Assembly (NCBI GenBank): GCA_030390025.1
Contig: CM059433.1
Coordinates: 23,934,001-23,998,000, forward strand
DNA: 64,000 nucleotides
Reading direction: 5' to 3'
Origin: Squalus acanthias
Lineage: Eukaryota
Shown: positions 14,183 through 26,845 of the stretch, in pieces
How positions within the stretch are numbered: position 1 is the first letter of the stretch
How the letters are laid out: each line of letters opens with the position of its first letter
Made by a program: the position numbers and the translations under genes
Notes under the pieces: model-generated
What the model was told of the DNA's origin: nothing
Databases searched by the model: none
The model's input: only the letters and a program-made list of their open reading frames with translations

Positions 14183-14877
14183 ACATAGAAACATAGATAG
14201 GAGCAAGAGTAGGCCATTCGGCCCCTCTAGCCTGCTCCGCCATTCAATGCGATCATGGCTGATCATCCAAATTCAGAACCCTGTCCCTGCTTTCTCCCCA
14301 TATCCCTTGATCCATTTAGCCTTAAGAAATATATCCAACTCCTTCTTGAATATATTTAATGAATTGGCCTCTACTGCCTTCTGTGGTAGAGAATTCCACA
14401 GGTTCACCACTCTCTGGGTGAAGAAATTCTTCCTCATTTCTGTCCTAAATGGCTTACCCCTTACCTTAGACTGTGACCCCTGGTTCTGGACTCCCCGACC
14501 ATTGGGAACATCCTTCCTGCATCTAGTCTGTCCAGTCCTGTCAGAATTTTATAAGTTTCAATGAGATCCCCTCTCATTCTTCTAAACTCCAGCGAGTATA
14601 AGCCCAATTGGCCCAATCTCTCCTCATACGTCATTCCTGCCATCCCAGGTATCAGCCTGGTGAATCTTCGCTGAACTCCTTCCATGGCAAGAACCTCCTT
14701 CCTCAGATAAGGCGACCAAAACTGCACACAATACTCAAGATGTGGTCTCACCAAGGCCCTGTACAACTGCAGCAAGACATCCTTGTTCCTGTACTCAAAC
14801 CCTCTTGCTACGAAGGCCAACATACCATTTGCCTTCTTAACCGCCTGCTGCACCTGCATGCTTACCTTCAGCGACTT
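14183..14877 (-). mobile_element. CR1 LINE 3' fragment
   Basis: MQVQQAVKKANGMLAF...VRPHLEYCVQFW plus CR1 3' stem-loop and tail. Confidence 0.93.
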
Positions 14878-16054
14878 CATTGTTTCCTCTCTTTGCAGGC
14901 TGCCTTGTACCTGTAGCAGTAAATAACATGCAAGCAAGAGCTTATTTTTTTGGTCTTGGTCTGCAGCATATGAAAGCAGAGCACTCTAGTGGAGCACAGC
15001 AATGCCAACAACCCCAAGCAATTAAGCCATAAGCCCCAACATTAGGTTCTTCAACTTCTCCACCGCCATGCTTTAAATTGTCAGTCTGGGTTGATGCCTG
15101 TGGCTTCCTCCAGACCCACCTGCCAGCTCTGACTGCTCCCACACTGCTAGGTTCCCTACTGTCAGGCCCAAGATAGCTACTGTCCCTGCCTCAGCACTGG
15201 CCTTCCTACTTTCCGAGTACAGTCTGAAAGTCCATCACTGGGCACAGGCATCCTCGTTTCACCATCTTTTCTGTCTGGTAGTGGCTTGGAGAGTTGGAGG
15301 TCGCTTCCAAATAACAGTGAGTGAGATGAAGGCAGTTCTCTTGTCTAATGCTGAGTGTGTATACTGTGTGTACGTATGTATCTTTATAATAAAATGACTT
15401 GTGTATCATGTACATTGAGTTAAGTCGTTAAGTCAGTTTTCTTATTCCTCATTGGTTACGTATCTGTTTTTGGCTATGTTTCTATCTCTGTTTGGCTCTC
15501 TAATATTTCAAAAAGCAGCCCACTTACATGATTTTCATAATTCCATCCAAAAATCATGAAAGAAATCTATGGCCCACCTATCGGATCCCTCTTCAGTCAC
15601 CACAGTTCCGCAGAGAGCAGAAAATTTGATTTTAATACACACACACTGTTCCACATCCTGTCACTGCTGACCACACAGAGCGATCAGTAGGCTGGAGAGA
15701 GGGGATTAGGGAACAGGGCACCAGAGAGAAGAGAGCAGCAGGTTAACCAAATGTAGTGTTCTGACTGCAAAGTTTAAAAAAAATTTTAAACGCTGAAATA
15801 AAATTATCCTTTTAAAGGTGAACTGCATTGGATTTAATACCTAGTACCTCAGGAGCAACATTATTTGTTCAGGTGCACACTTCTTCCATGGGTCAGAGTT
15901 TGATCTCTTCAGCAGCCCCTTTTCATTTGATTTGAAAAAATACATCACTGATTGACTTGATTGTATTTTGTGTGACCTTCATCTTCTGGCTTTTAATTGG
16001 CTATATCAAAAAAAAAGCTTTTGGAGCTGGTTTTTAACCTTTCAAAGCTCAAAT

Positions 16055-16800
16055 TCATTGAATCTTAAAGTACAGAAGGAGGCCATTTGGCCCAGTGTGC
16101 CTGTGCAGGCTCTTTGAAAGATCTATCCAATTTGTCCCACTCCCCTGTTCTTTCCCCATAGACCTGCAAATGTATCAAGTATATATCCAATTGTCTTTTG
16201 AAAATTACTATTGAATATGCTTCCATCACCTTTTCAGAATTCTGCATTCCAGAAAATAACAGCTTGCTGCATAAAAAATAATCTTATTTCCCACCTAATT
16301 CTTTTGCCAATTACCTTAAATCTGTGTCCTCTGGTTATCGACCCTCCTGCCAGTGGAAACAGTTTCTCCTTATTTACTCTATCAAAACCCTTCATAATCT
16401 TGAACACCTCTATTGAATCTCCCATTAACCTTCTCTGTTGTAAGGAGAATGATCCCAGCTTCTCCAGTTTCTCCACATAATTGAAGTCCCTCATCCCTGG
16501 TACCACTCTGGTAAATCTCCTCTGCACCCTCTTCAAGGCATTCACATCTTTCCTATAATGTGGCACCCAGAACGGGACACAATACTCCAGCTGAGGTCTA
16601 ACCAATGATTTATAAGATTTTGGGGTAACTTATTTGCTTTTGTACTCTATGCCTATTTTTATAAAGCCCAGGATTCTGTATGCTTTTTAATAGGTCTCCA
16701 AGGTACGAACCCCCAGGTCACACTGTTCCGGCACCCATTTTAAAATTGTATCATTTAGTTTATATTGCCTCTCTTTATCCTTCTTTCCAAAATGCATCAC
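16055..16800 (-). mobile_element. CR1 LINE 3' fragment
   Basis: VRPQLEYCVPFW...DSIEVFKIMKG and a CR1 3' end. Confidence 0.88.
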
Positions 16801-17635
16801 TGCCATCTCCAAATTGAATGAATGGTGGGAGTCTGGGGGAAGGGAAAAGAACTTGCACTTATATAGCACCAATCGTATGCTTGGGATTTCCCAAAGTGTT
16901 TCACAGCCAAAGAATTACTTTTGAAGTGTAGTAGGTGGTGTTTTATGGCCGAGGAAGTGAAGGAAAACAAAGGTATAAAAGATAATTGAGGTATAAAATC
17001 GAAAATTAGAATTATGGTGACTGATGGGGATGTCTTTATACCTAGGTTATGGATTTTTTTCAGGATTCTTGGGAGAAAAGTAGGGGGAATCACTTTATAT
17101 CTTTTAAAATAGGAGAAAGAAGAGAGAATGGGCAAAAGAACAGTAAGGCAAACAGAATGGATATGTTTTAAACTTTAACTTGCGGTTTTGCATTTAATTA
17201 GCTTTTGTTACTGTAGCACTGATTGATTCATCCTTTCAATGCGTGAGCTAAAAACCTGTGGAATTGGCCAATCCACTGTGAGTCATTTCACTGGATCGCC
17301 CAGATGTTGCAAGTGTGTGAATGCCTTGAGAGGATGCAGAGGAGATTTACCAGAATGGTACCAGGGATGAGGGACTTCAGTTATTAAAATTACTTAAAAT
17401 AATCTTCTGTGGAGATAATTATTTGAGCACCGAGGTTCTTTTGTTTTTATTCTGTTTTGACTGGTTTTCTCTAACTCGGCAATCCCATTCTTTTCCTCTT
17501 TTATTTTTGTGTGATTCTGAGAATCTTTGAGTAGATTTTGAATTCATGAATTTTCAGTATGTAGTTCAGTGTGTTCACATTCATTTTTTCAACATTTATT
17601 TGAACAAATGTCTCAAAAATGTTTTTGTGTAGGCA

Positions 17636-18378
17636 TTTTTGTTCCAGTGCGAAAGAAAGACTAAGAGAAGGATGAACCATCCGTGGCTAACTAAGGAAGC
17701 AAAGGATGGTATCAAATTGAAAACAAAGGCATACAATGTTGCGAAGAATAGTAGAAGGCCAGAGGATTGGGAAATTTTTAAAAACCAGCAAAGGACGACT
17801 AAAAAAATGATAGAGCGAAAAGATAGCTTATGAGAGTAAGCTAACAATAAATATAAAAACAGATAGTAAGAGCTTTTACAGGTATATCAAAAGGAGGAAG
17901 AGAGTAGCTAAAGTAAACATTGCTCCCCTAGAGGATGAGTCTGGGGAATTAATAATGGGAAACAGGGAAATGGCAGAGACTTTGAACAAATATTTTGTAT
18001 CGGTCTTTACGGTAGAAGACACTAAAAGCATCCCAATAATGGATAATCAAGGGGCTATTGGGGCGGGGGGGTGGGGGGGGGAACTTAAAATTATCACTAG
18101 AGAAAAAGTACTAGGCAAACTAATGGGACTAAAGGTGGACAAGTCCCCTGGACCCGATGGCCTGCATTCTAGGGTCTTAAAAGAGGTGGCTGCAGAAATA
18201 GTGGATGCATTGGTTGTAATCTCCCAAAATTCCCTGGATTCTGGAGAGGTCCCAGCGGACTGGAAAACCGCAAATGTAACGCCCCTATTTCAGAAAGGAG
18301 GGAGACAGAAAGCAGGCAAATATAGACCAGTTAGCCTAACATCTGTCATTGGGAAAATGCTGGAGTCCATCATTAAAG
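17636..18378 (+). mobile_element. Host CR1 LINE, 5' part (interrupted by a younger CR1)
   Basis: PWLTKE...DKSPGPDG...YRPVSLTSVIGKMLESIIK; continues at 21848 with EVVAGHLENH. Confidence 0.92.
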
Positions 18379-18813
18379 ATGGTATGTTGCCTCCCTGGTG
18401 CAAGGGTCAAGGATGTCTCGGCGCGGGTGCAGAACATTCTGGAGGGGGAGGGGGAACAGCCAGTTGTCGTGATACATGTTGGTACCAACGACGTAGCTAA
18501 AAAAAGGGAAGAGGTCTTACAAGTAGAATTTAGGGAGTTAGGAGCCAAGCTAAAAAGTAGGACCTCGAAGGTAGTAATCTCTGGATTACTACCAGTGCCA
18601 CGTGCTAGTAAGAGTACAGAGAACAGGATAGTTAGGCTAAATACGTGGCTTGAGCAGTGGTGTAAGAGGGAGGGTTTTAAATTTTTGAGGCATTGGAACC
18701 AGTTTTGTGGTAGGTGTGACCTATACAAAAGGGACGGTCTACACCTGTGCAAAGATGGAACTGATGTTCTCGGGGTAATTTTTGATAAAGCAGTTCGGGA
18801 GCATTTAAACTAG
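18379..18813 (+). CDS. CR1 ORF1 C-terminal SGNH/GDSL esterase domain (5'-truncated)
   Basis: VCCLPGARVKDV, HVGTND (block III GxND) and DGLHL (block V DxxH); stop TAG 18811-18813. Confidence 0.88.
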   Translation: MVCCLPGARVKDVSARVQNILEGEGEQPVVVIHVGTNDVAKKREEVLQVEFRELGAKLKSRTSKVVISGLLPVPRASKSTENRIVRLNTWLEQWCKREGFKFLRHWNQFCGRCDLYKRDGLHLCKDGTDVLGVIFDKAVREHLN

Positions 18814-21754
18814 TAAGGCAGGGGGCTAGAAACCTATGTAGTGAAATAGAGGAAAGTGAAAGGCAGACAGAAATAAATGGTAAAAGGGTGAGGAACAAAA
18901 AACAAAGGGCCAAACTAATTCATAAAAAATGTGAGCATAAAAAAAGCCTGAGGGTTTTATACCTTAATGCGAGAAGCATCGGGAACAAGGTAGATGAATT
19001 AGCTGTGGAAATAGAGGTTAATAATTATGATCTAATTGGGATTACGGAAACATGGTTGCAGGGTGAGCAGGGCTGGGAGCTTAACATACAGGGGTATTCA
19101 GTATTTAGGAAGGATCGACAAAAAAGAAAGGGAGGAGGGGTAGCATTGCTGGTAAAAGAGGGGATAAATGCAATTGAAAGGAAGGATATTAACTCAGTTA
19201 ATACAGAATCTATATGGGCGGAGCTAAGAAATAGCGAGGGGCGAAAAACATTAATAGGAGTGGTATATAGGCCTCCAAATAGTAAAATAGAGGTTGGGGA
19301 GGGCATCACGAGGGAAATTAGAGAAGCGTGCAATAAGAGCACAGCTGTCATCATAGGTGACTTTAACTTACATATAGATTGGACTAGCCTAATCAGTAAA
19401 AATAATGAGGAGGAGGAATTCCTTGAGTGTTTAAGGGATGGTTATCTGGATCAATATGTCGAGGAACCAACTCGGGAACAGGCTATATTGGACTGGGTAC
19501 TGTGCAATGAGAAGGGACTAATTAGTAATCTTGTTGTACGGGGACCCTTGGGTCAGAGCGATCATAACATGATCGATTTCTCACTCGAAATGGAGAGCGA
19601 AGAAATTGACTCAGAGACTAAGGTCCTGAATTTAAACAAGGGGAATTATGATGCCATTAGACGGGAACTGAGTAGGTCTGATTGGACAACGTTCCTGGGA
19701 GGACTGGAGGTAGATAAACAATGGCAAGCATTTAAAGATAGAATGACAAAATTGCAAAAATTGTTTATACCAATCTGGCATAAAAGGAAATCTAAAAAGG
19801 TGACTCAACCGTGGATAACAGGGAAATTAGAGACAGCATAAAATCCAAAGATAGGGCGTATAAAATAGCCAAAAAAAGCGCCAGAGCGGAAGATTGGGAA
19901 CAGTTTAAGATAGAGCAAAGGAGGACAAAGGGCTTAATCAAGAGGGGCAAAATAGCTTACGAAAGCAAGCTGGCGGAAAATATAAAAACTAACTCCAAAA
20001 GCTTTTAGAAGTATATCAAGAGGAAAAGACTGGTGAAAACCAAAGTTGGCCCATTGCAGTCAGATACGGGGGAATATATAACGGGAAATAAGGAAATGGC
20101 AGACCAACTAAATGCATACTTTGGGTCAGTCTTTACGAAGGAAGACACAAAAAACCTCCCTGGGATATCGGGAAAAATAGGGACATTGGCAAAGGAGGAA
20201 CTGACGCAAATCAATATCTCTAAGGATATGGTGTTAAGGAAGCTAAAGGGATTGAAGGCGGACAAATCCCCAGGGCCTGATAACATGCATCCTAGGGTAC
20301 TGAAGGAGGTGGCCCTAGAGATAGCGGATGCACTAAGTATGATTTTTCAGAATTCAGTAGACTCGGGAACAGTGCCCATGGATTGGAGGGTAGCTAACGT
20401 TACCCCACTATTCAAAAAGGGGGGTAGGGAAAAAGCAGGTAATTACAGACCTGTAAGCCTTACATCAGTTGTGGGCAAAATGCTGGAGTCCATCATTAAG
20501 GATGAAATAGCGGAGCACTTAGCAAATGGGGACAGGATAGGACAGAGTCAACATGGATTTACAAAGGGTAAATCGTGCTTGACTAATCTATTGGAATTTT
20601 TTGAGGGAGTAACTGGTAAAATAGATGGGGGAGAGCCAGTAGATGTGGTGTACCTGGACTTCCAAAAGGCCTTCGATAAGGTCCCACATAAAAGATTAGC
20701 ATGGAAAATTGAAGCTCATGGGATAAAGGGGAAAGTATTGACGTGGATAGAGAACTGGCTGTCAGATAGAAAACAGAGAGTTGGAATAAACGGCTCATTT
20801 TCTGAATGGCAGGCAGTAACAAGTGGGGTACCACAGGGATCTGTCCTGGGTCCCCAGCTGTTCACAATTTACATTAATGACCTGGATCAGGGAGTCGGAT
20901 GCAGCATTTCCAAATTTGCAGACGACACTAAACTAGGAGGGGGGGTGGGCTCAGAGGAGGAGACCAGGAAGCTCCAGAGCGATTTGGACAGACTGGGTGA
21001 TTGGGCGGATAAATGGCAGATGCACTATAATGTGGACAAGTGCGAAGTTATCCACCTTGGGTGCAGGAACGGGAGGGCAAATTATTATTTAAATGGCAAT
21101 AAATTGGGAGAGGGGGAAGTACAGAGAGACCTGGGTGTTCTTGTACACCAGTCACTGAAGGCGAGCATGCAGGTGCAACAGGCGGTCAAGAAGGCAAACG
21201 GTATGCTGGCCTTCATAGCAAAAGGGTTGGAATACAGGAACAGGGATACCTTGCTGCAGCTGTACAGGGCACTGGTGAGATCACACCTCGAGTACTGTGT
21301 ACAGTTTTGGTCGCCTCATCTGAGGAAAGATGTTCTTGCCATGGAGGGGGTGCAGCGGCGATTCACCAGGCTGATACCAGGAATGGCGGGATTGACCTAT
21401 GAGGAGAGACTATGTAGTTTAGGGATGTACACACTGGAGTTTAGAAGATTGAGAGGGGACCTCATAGAAGTGTATAAAATTCTGACAGGTCTAGACAGAC
21501 TAGATGCAGAAGGAATGTTTCCCTTGGCGGGTGAGAACAGAACTAGAGGACATAATTTAAGGATAAGGGCTAAACCATTTAGGACAGAAATGAGGGGGAA
21601 TTTCTTCACTCAGAGGGTGGTGAACCTGTGGAACTCATTGCCACAGAGGGCAGTGTACGCCAGCTCATTAAATATATTTAAGAGGGAATTAGATATATTT
21701 CTACAGGCAAAAGGGGTTAAGGGTTACGGAGAGAAGGCGGGGACGGGATACTGA
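18804..21754 (+). pseudogene. CR1 ORF2 (APE endonuclease + reverse transcriptase) with one frameshift and one premature stop
   Basis: [44 protein letters not shown]; 1-bp deletion near 19820 and TAG at 20006-20008. Confidence 0.93.
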
Positions 21755-21847
21755 ATTGGAGGATCAGCCATGATCTCATTAAATGGCGGAGCAGGCTCGA
21801 AGGGCCGGATGGCCTACTCCTGCTCCTATCTTCTATGTATCTATGTA

Positions 21848-23190
21848 TAAGAAGTGGTAGCAGGACATTTAGAAAATCATAATATAGTCAAGCAGAGTCA
21901 GCATTGTTTTATGAAAGGGAAATCATGTTTGACAAATTTGCTGGAGTTCTTTGAGGATGTAAAGAACCGGGTGGATAAAGGGGAACCAGTAGATGTCGTG
22001 TATTTGGATTTCCAGAAGGCATTTGATGAGGTGCCACCTAAAAGGTTACTGCACAAGATAAGAGCTCATGGTGTTGGGGATAATATATTAGCATGGATAG
22101 AGGATTGGCTAACTAACAAAAAACAAGAGCGTTGGGATAAATGGGTCATTTTCAGGTTGGCAAACTGTAACTAGTGGGGTGCTGCAGGGATCAGTGCTGG
22201 GGCCTCAACTATTTACAATCTATATTAATGACTTGGATGAAGGGACCGAGTGTAATGTAGCCAAATATACTGACGATACAAAGATAGGTGAGAAAGCAAA
22301 TTGTGTGGAGGATGCAAAGAATCTCCAAAGGGATATAGATAGGCTAAGTGAGTGGGCAAAAATGTGGCAGATGGAGTATAATGTGGGAAAATGCGAGGTT
22401 ATCCACTTTGGTAGGAAAAATAAAAAAGCAAATTATTATTTAAATGGGGAGAGATTACAAAATGCTGAGGTACAGAGGGATCTTGGGGTCCTTGTACATG
22501 AATCACAAAAAGTTATCATGCAGGTACAGCAAGTAATTAGGAAGGCAAATGGAGTGTTGGCCTTTATTGCAAAGGGAATGGAGTATAAAAGTAAGGAAGT
22601 CCTGTTACAACTGTACAGGGCGTTGGTGAGGCCTCACCTGGAGTACTGTGTACAGTTTTGGTCTCCTTATTTAAGGAAGGATATACTTGCATTGGAAGCA
22701 GTTCAGAGAAGTTCACTAGGTTAATTCCTGAGATGAAGGAGTTATCTTATGAAGGAAGGTTGAGCAGGTTGGGCCTATACTCATTGGAGTTTAGAAGAAT
22801 GAGAGGGGATATTATTGAAACATATAAGATTCTGAAGGGGCTTGACAGGGTAGATGCAGAGAGGATGTTTCCCCTCCTGGGGAAATCTAGAACTAGGGGG
22901 CATAATTTCAGAATAAGGGGGCACCCATTTAAAACGGAAATGAGGAGGAATTTCTTCTCTGAGAGTCGTGAATCTTTGGAATTCTCTTCCCCAGAGAGCT
23001 GTGGAGGCTGGGTCATTGAATATATTTAAGGTGGAGATAGACAGATTTTTGAATAGTAAGGGAGTCAAGGGTTATGGGGAGCGGGCAGGTAAGTGGAGTT
23101 GAGGCCAAGATCAGATCAGCCATGATCTTATTGAATGGCGGAGCAGGCTCGAGGGGCCAAATGACCTGCTCCTGCTCCTACGTCTTATGA
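21848..23190 (+). mobile_element. Host CR1 LINE, 3' part
   Basis: RT continues from 18378; several frameshifts; 3' end near 23190. Confidence 0.92.
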
Positions 23191-23262
23191 GTCGTGCTTA
23201 TTTTATACTTGAGTTTTGATCCACGTGTTAAATTTCATAAATAGTACCTCATAACAGTTATT

Positions 23263-23980
23263 GGGCCAGAAATTCGGCTTTCCGGCTTCCTGCGGGTGCA
23301 AGCATCGCGCGCGTACTTGCCTACCGCGCCTGCAGTTGTGCTTTGGGCCCATGAGGACTTCGGGTCCTGGGCCTCCTGCAGCTGCCGGCGCACAGTGCTT
23401 GTGTATCCCAGGGGCGCAGTTAGTTTGAAGCGTCCCCTGGGATCACGTGGGCCATGGAGAGCCAATCCTAGCAGGGCATTTTCATTCATAGATTTGTCAG
23501 GAAGACCTGTCAAATCTATGAATAGAGATCGGCCCCAAAACCACACTTAAACTTCAAATAATTTTTTTTTTAAATCACATTTTTAAAATAACTATAAGTT
23601 AAATAAATTAACTACTTTAAACAAAAATTTAAATTTTTGAAAAAATTAACTATACTTTTTAACGGTGCTAAAAAATAAACTTACCTTTCTTTAAAGTATC
23701 TAAAAATAGATTAACCTGTTGAAAAAATGTTTAAATTGTAATTAATTAACCACTTACCTTGTTAAAAACAGGCCTTGCGCCTCCTTTTTAAAAGCGCAGC
23801 TTCTTCATACTTACCCTCCCGGAGAAACCTGAAAAAAACCTGAAGTTCGCTGCGTGCACGCAGCCTCTCCCGCGCACGCGTTCGACTTCTGAACCCCTCC
23901 CTTCAGGGGAACAGAAGTTTCGGTTTCCCGCGTATGCAGAACAGCGCGTACTCACCCGACAACAGCCGAATTTCTAGCCC
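23263..23980. mobile_element. Harbinger-type MITE family B, copy 1
   Basis: 17-bp TIR GGGCCAGAAATTCGGCT / AGCCGAATTTCTAGCCC; TSD ATT. Confidence 0.87.
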
Positions 23981-24192
23981 ATTGTTTTAAGACCAATGCA
24001 GGATCAACTTAAAAGTTCTGCCTATCATGCAAATGAAAGTTGAAATGGGAAATTCTAAGATATAGCCCAAACAGTGTTGTATGTTTTTCCATTAAAAAAT
24101 GCATCTAACTTCAGTTTGCAATGTACACATGCCTGGTGTGAGTACAGGATTTGCAATTATTGATTCTTGTTTGATATTTTTCATATAACCAG

Positions 24193-24288
24193 ATATCTGC
24201 GATTCTTCCCAGATGGTCAGGTAATAATGCTGACCACGCCAGAGGATCCTCAATCCATAGTCCCCCGTTTATCCGTCAGGTCTCCAAG
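24193..24288 (+). CDS. FBXO9: FBXO9 coding exon
   Basis: cag|...|gtaatg; [32 protein letters not shown]. Confidence 0.95.
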
Positions 24289-24855
24289 GTAATGATCAGG
24301 AGGTATTCACAAGTTCAGCGATCAGCCATGCCGTGTATTCTAAAGGGATGCTAATATTTGCAGCCTATATTGTAAGACAGCTGATGTTCACATTGCACTG
24401 TTAGATCTGATACACAGTGTGCATGGAATTATCAAGTGTCCCGTGACATTGTTCACGGTGAGTAAGAGGATGCATTGCTATAACAAATAGGGGTGTTATG
24501 CACAATGTAGCGTCAGGTCAAAATCTGTTCTATCAAATCAACCGAGTGATGGGGAAAGAGTGACAGTTGTATGAGGTACGCGCTATGTAGAAGACGTTTA
24601 ATAATGTACTAAATTTTCTGTGGTCAGGCAGGCAGGCAAGACCTAATCCAGTACTCGGCTCAACCAGGGTTAGAGGGAGGAGATGGAAGAGGGAGGGAGG
24701 GAGGAGGAAGAATGGAAGGAAGGGGTGAAAGGAACGGGATGGAGGGCAAGATGAGGAGGGGAGAGAAGGAGGATGTGCCAAACAGGATGGGGAAGGAGAC
24801 AGTGATTGGAGGAGCAGGCAGGCCATGAAATTTCTCTCCGCTACAGAAAGACTTA

Positions 24856-25357
24856 GGGGGAGAAATTCAGTATCGCCCCATTTGGGGCGCAATTATCAGC
24901 CGGGCGCAAAGATTAGCGCCTGGCGCTAATTATCGCCACCGACTGCAAACTTGACTTTTAGCGCCCCTGGAGGTGATTGGAGCGCTAAATCAGGCGCTTC
25001 ACACCTGTCTTAAGGCGCAAAGGCCGAGGAGCGAGGCGCTACCTCAGAGCGCTGGCGAAGCTCATGTGATGTCAGTCAGCAATGGAACACACACACAATG
25101 GCGCGGACCAGTTCTTAAAGGGGAAGGTTGATCTTGCTTTCCATCCACATCCTGCTCATTGCAGCCTTGAATCTCGGCCTGGAGAGACCTGCACATCAAA
25201 TCTGCTGGAAAGAACAATGGAGAGTACCAGGGAAAGAGCTCAGAGTGCAGCCCCCAAAGTCTCTTCTAAATCGATACAAGGAAGGGCAAATCAAAATGAA
25301 CCTGCAAAGTGCTGCTCAGTACCCAAAACTCCTTCACACAGCGTTGAATATCTCCAG

Positions 25358-25394
<37 letters not shown>

Positions 25395-25740
25395 AAAGCG
25401 TGGTTCAAAAATGTCACCAACAATAAAAGGCAGGAAGCGGTCGCCTTTAAATAGCGCTCCCCCAGTCGCTTTCTGACTGCAAAACGCTCCCCTCAACCTG
25501 TCGTTGCTAGCGGCAGGCGGTAAGGCAGGGGGCGCCACTCAATATCCGCTCCGGGGCGTTGCGCACTCGACTGACGTCACGATCTGCCTGCACAGGAGAT
25601 CGTGGCGGTAGTGTTTAGCACCGCCGCAAAATGTCTAGTTAATTTCGCGAGCGGCGCAAACATCGCCGCGCCCGGGCACTAGATGCTTTGCGCCCTCTTA
25701 AGGCGCTAACGGGAGGCGCAACCAACTGAATTTTTCCCCC
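24856..25740. mobile_element. Harbinger-type MITE family A, complete
   Basis: TIR GGGGGAGAAATTCAGT / ACTGAATTTTTCCCCC; TSD TTA (canonical PIF/Harbinger); internal (CT)n at 25361-25392. Confidence 0.88.
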
Positions 25741-26656
25741 TTAATCTGTTAAAGGGGGTGGGGTGGCTGCTGGATCTGGCAGACTGTCAAAAAGAAAATT
25801 GCAGAGCATATTGTCCAGAGCGGGGGTGGTGCTTAACCAAGAATGCCATTGAAAATGCCATCTGGGGCTGAAAAATAGATTACCTGGGAGGGAGAGTCAT
25901 CCTGAGATATATTCTGCAGTGTTACAATCTGAATATATGTTGGGGTAGGCAGGAGAGGATTGCTGGGACAAACATATATTCAGGGTGGGGGTAGAGAGGC
26001 ACGCATGCCTAAAATTCCATGAGTGCGGCGGGGTTTGTGCTACTATTGAGGGGCTGAATGGCCTACCCCTGTTCCTATGTATATGGACTTTCAAAAGGCG
26101 TTTGATACAGTACCACATAATAAACTTGTTAGTAAAATTGAAGCCCATGGGATTAAAGGGGTAGTGGCTGTGTGGATACGAAATTGGCTAAGGGACAGAA
26201 AGCAGAGAGTAGTGGTGAATGGCTGTTTTTCACACTGGAGGGAAGTGTACAGTGGCGTTCCCCAGGGGTCAGTATTAGGACCGCTGCTCTTTTTGATATA
26301 TATATTAATGACCTGGACTTGGGTATACAGAGCATAATTTCAAAGTTTGCAGGTGACACGAAACTCGGAAATGTAGTAAACAGTGAGGAGGATATTAACA
26401 GACTTCAGGAGGACACAGGCAGACTGGTGAAATGGGCAGACACATAGCAGATGAAATTTAACGCAGAGAAATGTGGAGTGATGTTTTTTGGTAGGAAGAA
26501 TGAGGAGAGGCAATGTGAACTAAATGGCACAATTTTCAAGCGGGTGCAGTGACCGAGAGACCTGGGGGTGTACGTACACAAATCTTTGACGATGGCAGGA
26601 CAAGTTGAGAAGGCTGTTAAAAAAGCATACGGGATCCTTGGCTTTATAAATAGAGG

Positions 26657-26845
26657 TCATGATGCGGAGATGCCGGTGTTGGACTGGGGTGGACAAAATT
26701 GAGAGGTCGCACAACACCAGGTTATAGTCCAACAGTTTTATTTGAAATCACAAGCTTTCGGAACTATCGCTCCTTCCTCAGGTGAAAGCTTGTGATTTCA
26801 AATAAAACTGTTGGACTATAACCTGGTGTTGTGCGACCTCTCAAT
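26657..26845. mobile_element. Short Penelope-like element terminus with inverted pLTR
   Basis: 14-bp TSD TTTATAAATAGAGG (26643-26656 and 26846-26859); perfect 65-bp inverted repeat; hammerhead motif in the spacer. Confidence 0.8.
26749..26784 (-). ncRNA. Minimal type I hammerhead ribozyme motif
   Basis: CAC-CUGAGGA-A-GGAGC GAUA GUUCC-GAAA-GC-UU-GUG: core CUGANGA and GAAA, stem II, palindromic AAGCUU in place of stem III, short stem I CAC/GUG. Confidence 0.7.

Larger units (their letters stand above)
18379..21847 (+). mobile_element. Young CR1 LINE, 5'-truncated within ORF1, nested in an older CR1
   Basis: ORF1 remnant, near-intact ORF2, 3' stem-loop and (TATCTATG)-type tail at about 21827-21847. 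Confidence 0.95.

Noticed and set aside
17955..18500. Apparent chimeric 181-aa ORF
   Set aside because: Read-through across the nested CR1 insertion junction in a non-coding frame of ORF1
24670..24820. Purine-rich GGA/GGG tract as a functional element
   Set aside because: Low-complexity sequence without regular periodicity or other support
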